Below, one piece after another: positions 58,101 to 64,000 of a stretch of DNA of 64,000 nucleotides (position 1 is its first letter; each line of letters opens with the position of its first letter). Where the stretch lies: NCBI GenBank assembly GCA_965208125.1, contig OZ242320.1, positions 3,680,001 through 3,744,000 on the forward strand, written 5' to 3'. The notes under the pieces are model-generated. The model searched no databases. It saw only the letters and a list, made by a program, of their open reading frames with translations, and was not told the origin of the DNA. Both the position numbers and the translations under genes were made by a program. Source of the DNA: Candidatus Latescibacterota bacterium (GTDB lineage: Bacteria > Latescibacterota > UBA2968).

Positions 58101-58486
58101 GCAATAACCGCCGCGCCATTCGAGAAATCACAGGCGGTGCGTCCTTTTTGTCGCAAGACGCGCTCACGCCCGTGTTTGGTGTAGGCAGAGCCGAATATGT
58201 CGAGGTACTCACCCTGCGCTGGCCCAGTGGCATTGTCCAAGAATTTCGCAGTGAGACCGACGATTTGTCGGTCAATCGCGTTCTCCACATCGTCGAACAA
58301 CCACTTGCGTCTGCAAAATCCTTCGATTTTAATGCCGATGGTCGGTTCGATTTCAACGATTTTCGGATTTTTGTCAGTGCTTTTGATTCTGCTGATATGC
58401 GCTTTGACCTCAATGCCGATGGTCGGGTTGATTTCGGCGATTTTCTGCACTTTGCCAGGGTTTATGAAGTGAGAGGTGAGAGGTGA
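55154..58486 (+). CDS. Secreted multidomain protein: NHL repeats, two Ig-like (ASH/choice-of-anchor D) domains, FG-GAP/CRTAC1 propeller, ASPIC/UnbV, EF-hand/dockerin tail
   Basis: ITTVAGTG..GFSGDGG; WGD(Y/F)DNDGDLDLY repeats; GGASFLSQ..FGVG..RWPSG; DFNADGRFDFNDF. TATAAT sits 6 nt before the ATG (possibly leaderless). Confidence 0.88.
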   Translation: MRYFYIFFFSILISEAGVFAQARGTIVTIAGGGLEDGDNVLATDVALNRPLGMALDPQGNLYIADTDNHRIRRVDAITGIITTVAGTGDPGFSGDGGLATSALLNTPNAIAIDSAGNIYISSGGASESDVRNRRIRRIDSSGIITTVAGTGEGGFNDLPALQATFHEIVALTMLGNVALLISDSLDENGQGNNRVRQFDLANNTIGTIAGNGSAQASNVQDGREAPLAGLTPGQLAVTSQGDILIADFNNGRIRRVSRAIQGTTEVALINTIAGREATSEEKQSEDLYQGDGGLATRALFFNPLGVAADEAGNVYIGDTGNNRIRVVEAEADTVLTIAGTGIEGAGPEGTLGLLSDLGQPTHLLIDGNGDLIFIDVANNRIRKLRDPTFRMPLFNVLSENIDFGEVSVGDPAVSRLRVENWGNLSIRIETAISDNSAFRVLSALPLEIGIAQTADIEIVFDPVQAGSIEGLITLTTDDSRTPSIAVTVRGLGAEPSIGLFPTDVLIFDPTFIGRSQVLSVRIDNLGAGVLIVPNATTTDSQFVVEQTDILRIDAGQSQQLSIAFRPQAEGQQEATLTIFSNAPANPTATLQLQGIGESAQPGGFVDEAPNAGLGDTGAGFGAAWADYDNDNDLDLYLVRSREPNRLYRNDGTGFTDVASAMGVGDSGDGSAGVWGDYDRDGDLDLYVTNFGGPNRLYRNDGTGFTDVASAMGVDDSGDGYGAAWGDYDRDGDLDLYVANFGANRFFQNNGNRFSELADSLGLSDTESGIQPAWGDFDNDGDLDLFLANSGPNRLFRNDGARFASIENIFNPIDEGPSFGAAWGDFDNDGDLDLFIPYFGADNRFYTNEGNGTFRDRATELGLAHDGRSRGAVWGDFDNDGDLDLYVTNSDQPNLYYKNVDGHFADISDSLDVALNADSRGVALADYDNDGRLDFYVAVQNGPDALFRNREANGNWIAIRLRGTESSPDAIGTRLEIAFKDRDGNNRRAIREITGGASFLSQDALTPVFGVGRAEYVEVLTLRWPSGIVQEFRSETDDLSVNRVLHIVEQPLASAKSFDFNADGRFDFNDFRIFVSAFDSADMRFDLNADGRVDFGDFLHFARVYEVRGER
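57089..57293 (+). repeat. 55-nt exact direct repeat, 150 nt apart, within FG-GAP blades
   Basis: 57089-57143 is identical to 57239-57293. Confidence 0.9.
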
Positions 58487-58498
58487 TAAATGTGAAGC

Positions 58499-58524
58499 GT
58501 AGGGGCGATCCCTTGTGGTCGCCC
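58499..58524 (+). repeat. GTAG-type REP-like palindrome
   Basis: GTAGGGGCGATCCCTTGTGGTCGCCC. Confidence 0.65.
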
Positions 58525-58562
58525 GTTCTATTATTGAATATCGACATCAAAAGTCTTTGACT

Positions 58563-59180
58563 ATGATCGCACTGCCAACTCCTCAAAATATCAATCAGGC
58601 TGCCGATATAATTAAAAACGGCGGCCTGATTGCCTATCCGACCGAGACTGTTTATGGTCTGGGGGCAGATCCCCATAACGATGAAGCTGTTCAGAGAATT
58701 TTCACTGCTAAAGGGCGTGCGGAGGATAAGGGGATTATTCTCTTGATTCGCGGTGCAGATGATCTTTCAACGCTTGTTCGCACTGTCCCTCCGACAGCTC
58801 AAATACTTATTGAGGCATTTTGGCCGGGACCGCTCACCCTTGTTTTTCACGCCAATCCCGATCTTTCTCCCGCGTTGCTCGGCGGACGCGATACAATAGC
58901 ACTCCGCTATTCGAGTTCTCCCATTGCCACTCAATTGCTCATAGCTCTCGGTGGTCCCCTCACGAGTACGAGTGCCAATCGTTCTACAGAGCGTCCGGCG
59001 CGCTCGGCATGTGAAGTAGAAAACGCGCTGGGAGAACATCTCGATCTTATTCTCGACGGTGGGCCTTCCGACAGTACACTCCCTTCTACACTTGTCGATG
59101 TTTCTACCGACCGCGCAATTCTCCTGCGCGAAGGTGCTGTTTTTGCTCAAAAACTCAGATCGCATATTCACCTTTATTAA
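58563..59180 (+). CDS. tsaC: Threonylcarbamoyl-AMP synthase (Sua5/TsaC)
   Basis: YPTETVYGLG, KGR, FWPGPLT, TSTSANRS, PSTLVD. Confidence 0.92.
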   Translation: MIALPTPQNINQAADIIKNGGLIAYPTETVYGLGADPHNDEAVQRIFTAKGRAEDKGIILLIRGADDLSTLVRTVPPTAQILIEAFWPGPLTLVFHANPDLSPALLGGRDTIALRYSSSPIATQLLIALGGPLTSTSANRSTERPARSACEVENALGEHLDLILDGGPSDSTLPSTLVDVSTDRAILLREGAVFAQKLRSHIHLY

Positions 59181-59185
59181 AAAAT

Positions 59186-59217
59186 AAAAGGCGAGGAGAT
59201 TTTTCCCCTCGCCTTTT
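59186..59217. terminator. Bidirectional intrinsic terminator
   Basis: AAAAGGCGAGG...CCTCGCCTTTT between convergent genes. Confidence 0.8.
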
Positions 59218-59241
59218 CGCAACACAGGAAGCAATATTACT

Positions 59242-60441
59242 TTAAAATGAAACATTGCTCATCACATAAGCCCAGTGCATATTCTCGTTCAATCGGCCCA
59301 ATGCTTTGATGGCATCTCGCGCCAGGGCAATTGTATAACCTGTGACAAAGGTTACATTTTCGCTGTATTGATACGATAGTGTTAAGTCGAGTTCGTCTGC
59401 CAGATGCCCCGATTCCAAATTGCCTTTTTGGGCGAGGAAGAACACATGTCCGTCCGCTGCCAAACGCAACTGCTCTTCCTCATCCAGCGGTACGGATACT
59501 TTTATCGCAAAGTCCTGAAGGCCGAGATTTTGAGTGTGGACGGGAATGTTGAGAAATAAATCGGCAAATCCGTAGTATTTGTGATTGGTTGCAAATAGGG
59601 TATCAAATGATTTCCATTTGCTGTCTTTCTCATTGCCATCGCCAGATAAATAATCATACCACAGGGTCAGGCTACCTTTGCCCAGTGTTGTGCCCAGTCT
59701 GCCGCCAAACATAAATGCCGAGCCATTCGGCCCGCGCCGTTCGCCCGTTTGGAAAGAGCCTTCTGCGCGGTAGGTCCAGTTCGATTTTTCGCCGTAAATG
59801 CGTGCGCCGAGTGTCCATAGCCGCGTATTGTCACTTCTGTTGAAGCCTTTGGGAGATACGTGGTGGTAGATGCCGTAAAAATCTGCGGATGTGTTCGTTC
59901 CCGATGCCGTAGCATACAAAGCGGCCAGATAGGCATTGCCGTTTATACCTTCGGCTGTGGTATCGGATAGGCGAACACCAACGCCTTGAACTGTGCCCCA
60001 TTGGGGTCTGGCGGTTACGATAACGCCGTCGAAGGCACGCCCTTGTTGTGCCCATTCAACTGCGCCGATTATCCGCTGTCCGCCCAATCCTATCGCCTGT
60101 CGTCCAATGCGAAGGGATAGAGTAGAGTCACCCATATCTTTAATGTCCATATATGCCTGATGAAAGTCGAAATTATCGGCATTATAATCGGTGAAGGTAT
60201 TGGTTTCTTCACCCCACAATCGCACATCTTGCAACTGGATAAACACATTCACATCTTGATCTAAATTCGCTGTGATATTCAGCCGAGCACGCATCGAAGT
60301 GAATACGTCGTGCCCATTGCCAACGGGATCTCGAAATTCCGTGCGAGGCCGAATTTGCCCCCCAAACTCGATATCTGTGGCTTCAACACCACTTGCTATA
60401 ACGACAATTATCGCTATACCAACCAACCATCTCGACAGCAT
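59242..60441 (-). CDS. Outer-membrane beta-barrel, alginate export (AlgE-like) family
   Basis: Signal peptide; IQLQDVRLWG, HQAY, RIGRQ, RAFDG, THKYYG-like motif; C-terminal Phe. Confidence 0.78.
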   Translation of the reverse strand: MLSRWLVGIAIIVVIASGVEATDIEFGGQIRPRTEFRDPVGNGHDVFTSMRARLNITANLDQDVNVFIQLQDVRLWGEETNTFTDYNADNFDFHQAYMDIKDMGDSTLSLRIGRQAIGLGGQRIIGAVEWAQQGRAFDGVIVTARPQWGTVQGVGVRLSDTTAEGINGNAYLAALYATASGTNTSADFYGIYHHVSPKGFNRSDNTRLWTLGARIYGEKSNWTYRAEGSFQTGERRGPNGSAFMFGGRLGTTLGKGSLTLWYDYLSGDGNEKDSKWKSFDTLFATNHKYYGFADLFLNIPVHTQNLGLQDFAIKVSVPLDEEEQLRLAADGHVFFLAQKGNLESGHLADELDLTLSYQYSENVTFVTGYTIALARDAIKALGRLNENMHWAYVMSNVSF

Positions 60442-60568
60442 ATTAGCCTCCTGGATACAAATCTTTCAAATAGAGGTCACGCCAAGTATAATATACTATA
60501 AAATTTTAGACAATAAACGAGTATCGCCATAGCGGCGGTGGCCATAACCTAAAAAAACAATCCTTCTA

Positions 60569-62743
60569 TCACAACAAAGTTCCCTGGACGGGTTCTTCAA
60601 CAATTCCTGCTCGAATGCGCTGAGATAGGGTTGTGTGTCGTTCTGCAACCCGGTTGTTGCGAACAGCCATCCCCAGGGCTTGTTTTGTGCCTACCAGAAC
60701 GACCAGTTCTCGCGCCCGCGTAATGGCGGTGTACAACAGGTTGCGCTGTAACATCATATAGTGTTGCGTGGTCAAAGGCATGACTACGACGCGAAATTCA
60801 GCGCCCTGGCTCTTGTGTACACTCATGGCATAGGCCAGCACCAACTCGTCTAATTCCGAAAACTCGTACTCCACGACGCGGTCCTGAAACCGCACGCGCA
60901 ATATATCGTCCTCTATTCCCTGGACGTGCCCAATATCACCGTTAAAAACATCGCGGTCGTAGTTATTTCGCACCTGCATTACTTTGTCGCTCACCCGAAA
61001 GCGGATACCGCCGCGCGTCATCTCCTGTCCTTTGGGATTTAACTCGTCTTGCAAGACCTGGTTGAGATTGTTCGCGCCGGTTTCCCCTCGATACATCGGC
61101 ACGAGTACTTGAATATCTTCAATACTGTCCAACCGATATGTGCGCGGCAAACGTGCAGCACACAATCCACAAACCATCTCGACGACCTGATTGGGTTCCG
61201 AGACTTCGAGAAAAAAGAAATCCGCATCGCGATCATTTTGCACGTATGGCATTTCGCCGCGGTTGATCGCGTGGGCATTGGTAATGATGCGGCTCGTTTG
61301 TGCCTGCCGAAAGATCTCGTTGAGTTCCACGACTTCGACAATGCCAGATGCAATGACGTCCTTCAACACATTTCCCGCGCCGACCGATGGCAACTGATCG
61401 ACATCGCCTACCAGGACCACCGAAGCACTGATTGGTACAGCGCGCAATAGACTGTTCATCAGAACCGTATCGACCATGGATATTTCATCGACAATCAGGG
61501 CTTCGATCTCCAGAGGGTTATTAAAATTTTTTTCAAACACCATTTCAGATGGACTAAATTTCAGCAATCTGTGGATGGTTTTGGCCTCATACCCGGTTGC
61601 CTCAGACATCCGCTTGGCCGCGCGTCCTGTCGGTGCTGCCAGTGCGATTGTTTTTTTTCGCGCCTCTAAAAGTGCGATGAGTCCCTTAATGGTCGTTGTT
61701 TTACCCGTTCCCGGGCCGCCCGTCAATACCAGTAAATTGTGTGACAATGCCTTTTCCAATGCCAATTTCTGACGGGGTGCGAATGTTACTTCATCTCGCT
61801 GTTCTATGGCTTTGATCTCTGCAGGGATATTGCCCAATTCAATGCGTTGCACTTGAGATAATTGATAGCACCGCGTTGCAGCACCTTGCTCGGCATAGTA
61901 TAAATGTGGCAAATACACCCGCTTGTCATCAACGACTATCGATTCTTCGGAGAGCAATTGCGCCACGCACGGTGCGATTGCATCAACGGGTACATCGAGT
62001 GCTTCGGCACACGATTCAATGAGCGCCTCTTCGGGCAAGAAAACATGTCCTTCTTTGTCTGCAGCTTCATTGAGTACATGCAAAAGACCGGCCTGAATGC
62101 GCCGGTTTGAATGTGCGGGTATGCCCATTTTTTGCGCGATGCGGTCTGCTGTCAAAAATCCAATGCCCCAAACATCTACCGATAGGCGATAGGGATTTTC
62201 CCGAATTAATTCAATGGCTTCATGCCCGTACCGCTTCCATATTTTTACGGCGTATCCCGTGCCCACTTCGTGCGATTGCAAGAATAGCATTACATTGTGA
62301 ATTTCGCGCTGGTCTTCCCAGGCTTTGATAATCCACTCTGCGCGTTTTGCTCCTAATCCCTCGACTTCGACCAATCGTTTGGGGGCGCTTTCAATGACAT
62401 CAAGAGCTTCTTTGCCAAAGTGATCCACAATCCGCTTTGCCGTGACGGGTCCGATGCCTTTGATCAATCCCGATCCCAAATACCGCCGCATTCCCTCTAC
62501 TGTAGATGGATGCACGGTCTGGTAGGATTCAATTTTGAACTGTGCGCCATATTGCTTATGGGTTGTCCATTCGCCTTCCAAAATCACGGTCTCGCCCGGG
62601 TTGATCGACAGCATTTCGCCCACAATGGTCGCCAGACGGTTGTTGTATGCGGCAGATCCCTCTACCTGCAAACGGGCAACTATGTATCCATTTTCTTCAT
62701 TTTGAAATGTAATGCGATCCACAATTCCGCGAAGCTGAGCCAT
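60569..62743 (-). CDS. recD2: RecD-like SF1B helicase RecD2
   Basis: YLGSGLIKGIG, TGGPGTGKTT, VDEISM, GDVDQL, HKSQGAEF, YTAITRA. Confidence 0.94.
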   Translation of the reverse strand: MAQLRGIVDRITFQNEENGYIVARLQVEGSAAYNNRLATIVGEMLSINPGETVILEGEWTTHKQYGAQFKIESYQTVHPSTVEGMRRYLGSGLIKGIGPVTAKRIVDHFGKEALDVIESAPKRLVEVEGLGAKRAEWIIKAWEDQREIHNVMLFLQSHEVGTGYAVKIWKRYGHEAIELIRENPYRLSVDVWGIGFLTADRIAQKMGIPAHSNRRIQAGLLHVLNEAADKEGHVFLPEEALIESCAEALDVPVDAIAPCVAQLLSEESIVVDDKRVYLPHLYYAEQGAATRCYQLSQVQRIELGNIPAEIKAIEQRDEVTFAPRQKLALEKALSHNLLVLTGGPGTGKTTTIKGLIALLEARKKTIALAAPTGRAAKRMSEATGYEAKTIHRLLKFSPSEMVFEKNFNNPLEIEALIVDEISMVDTVLMNSLLRAVPISASVVLVGDVDQLPSVGAGNVLKDVIASGIVEVVELNEIFRQAQTSRIITNAHAINRGEMPYVQNDRDADFFFLEVSEPNQVVEMVCGLCAARLPRTYRLDSIEDIQVLVPMYRGETGANNLNQVLQDELNPKGQEMTRGGIRFRVSDKVMQVRNNYDRDVFNGDIGHVQGIEDDILRVRFQDRVVEYEFSELDELVLAYAMSVHKSQGAEFRVVVMPLTTQHYMMLQRNLLYTAITRARELVVLVGTKQALGMAVRNNRVAERHTTLSQRIRAGIVEEPVQGTLL

Positions 62744-62975
62744 ATAAAACCTCGGCGAACATGTTCTCCCATCACACAATCGGAGTAGTAGAAGAATTAT
62801 ACGACACTTGCCGCGGTTTTACAAGTTGTATCAAATTTGCAGTACACAAAATGTATAAAATCCGTATATTGTTGAAACACAACATTTAACGGCTACGTCA
62901 CAACGGAAAAGAGGTTGGCCCAAAAGCATTGACACACCGCATGTACCTGTCGGTGTGATCTGGGGTCCTCGCGCC

Positions 62976-63011
62976 GTCCCGCCAAGAACTCGCGCGAGGG
63001 CCTTTCTTTTT
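62976..63011 (+). terminator. Terminator-like hairpin in a long intergenic region
   Basis: GGTCCTCGCGC...GCGCGAGGGCC followed by TTTCTTTTT. Confidence 0.55.
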
Positions 63012-63360
63012 GGTATATAAAATAGTTGCCTTCGGGCCAACCGCATCACAACTTAAATTTTTTTATGAAAAACAAAAAGCACCTGCTCGTCCCTCCACCA
63101 AATCGTCAAATTTGACGTAAGGAACAGGCAGGTGCCTCGTGGACTGGTATGGCAACGCTGCTGAAACGCTGTGCATTTCGAAAATATTGTTTTTTTCACA
63201 GGCCAGTCGGCGAAAAATATAGCCAATCTTATATTTGAGGTCAAGGGAGAAGTGTGAAGGAAGAAGTGTGAAAAGAAGTGTGAAGGGAGAAAATTCCGCC
63301 GTTGGAGCGGCATCCCTGCCGCGAATTTGAAAAAATAAGTAGAAATATGAGGATAAAAAG

Positions 63361-63981
63361 ATGAAGCAGTTTCTTATCGTTATTTTGCTCGGATTAACAT
63401 GGACGGCTCATGCTGAAGAAGATCGCAAGACGATTTTGTTTTTAGGAGATAGCCTGACTGCAGGTTATGGTCTGGATAAAACGCAGGCTTTTCCCGCGCT
63501 GATTCAGGCAAAGATCGATTCGCTCGGGTGGGGGGGTGATGTGATCAATGGTGGACTGAGTGGCGAAACATCGGCGGGAGGGCTGCGGCGGGTCAACTGG
63601 TTGCTGCGGCGAAAAATCGATGTGCTGGTGCTGGCATTGGGGGGCAACGATGGTTTGCGGGGGATTCCCACGACTGAAATGCGGCAAAATTTGCAGGGAA
63701 TTATAGATCGCGCAAAAGAGAAGTATCCAGATATTCAAATCGCGCTTGTGGGTATTGAAGCACCACCAAATTTGGGAGATGCATATACGACGGCTTTCCG
63801 CGCAGTGTTCCCGGCTCTATCTGAAAAAAATCGCGTACTTTTGATACCCTTTTTATTGGAAGGTGTTGGTGGGATTCCAGAACTGAATCTGCCAGACCGC
63901 ATTCATCCCAATGCTGCAGGACATCGGATTATAGCAGAAACCGTGTGGCGCGCGCTTAAACCGGTTCTGGAAAAGTGGTGA
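63361..63981 (+). CDS. tesA: GDSL/SGNH arylesterase (TesA-like)
   Basis: FLGDSLTAGYG, GLSGETS, LGGNDG, DRIHPN; signal peptide. Confidence 0.9.
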   Translation: MKQFLIVILLGLTWTAHAEEDRKTILFLGDSLTAGYGLDKTQAFPALIQAKIDSLGWGGDVINGGLSGETSAGGLRRVNWLLRRKIDVLVLALGGNDGLRGIPTTEMRQNLQGIIDRAKEKYPDIQIALVGIEAPPNLGDAYTTAFRAVFPALSEKNRVLLIPFLLEGVGGIPELNLPDRIHPNAAGHRIIAETVWRALKPVLEKW

Positions 63982-64000
63982 GAGGTAAGAAGTGAGAATT

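Noticed and set aside
57278-58450. 390-aa antisense ORF
   Set aside because: Shadow of the repetitive FG-GAP gene; no independent motifs.
62831-63313. Short minus-strand ORFs (72 and 86 aa)
   Set aside because: No clear RBS or motifs; they overlap hairpins and simple repeats.

Overview
Bacterial chromosomal window of roughly 50% GC (estimated by eye). No tRNA, rRNA, CRISPR array or transposase was recognised. It has two parts. (1) Positions 1-22.4 kb form an all-plus-strand accessory signalling locus. It starts with four FHA proteins (one fused to an extracytoplasmic trypsin-like protease), a MotA/TolQ/ExbB-like membrane protein and a single-TM vWA protein with a MotB/ExbD-like intramembrane Asp. 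These are followed by six intact paralogous Hanks-type Ser/Thr kinases with swapped C-terminal modules (PDZ+FGE-sulfatase, ankyrin, FGE-sulfatase), two near-identical membrane PP2C phosphatases, a truncated seventh kinase, decayed ankyrin relics and a stand-alone ankyrin gene. A higBA pair borders the locus. The kinase genes are nucleotide mosaics of each other, and at least one FGE 3' end looks like a DGR variable region, although no RT or template is in the window. (2) Positions 23.4-64 kb are mostly core genes: OSBS/NAAAR, a CP-ATP-grasp/alpha-E/transglutaminase operon, a Rieske protein, a long minus-strand run (yicC-gmk-rpoZ-coaBC-udg-dnaB-radA-kptA-DAC-GT-TPR-moxR-DUF58-ABC-oxidoreductase), a plus-strand run (lepA-lepB-hemW-thrB-SLBB export-wzz-MetE-like-NHL/FG-GAP surface protein-tsaC), a porin, recD2 and a GDSL esterase. 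The ankyrin/NHL/FGE richness and the EF-hand tail suggest a host-associated, possibly Latescibacterota-like organism; this is inference only. All calls come from motif reading, with no database searches.
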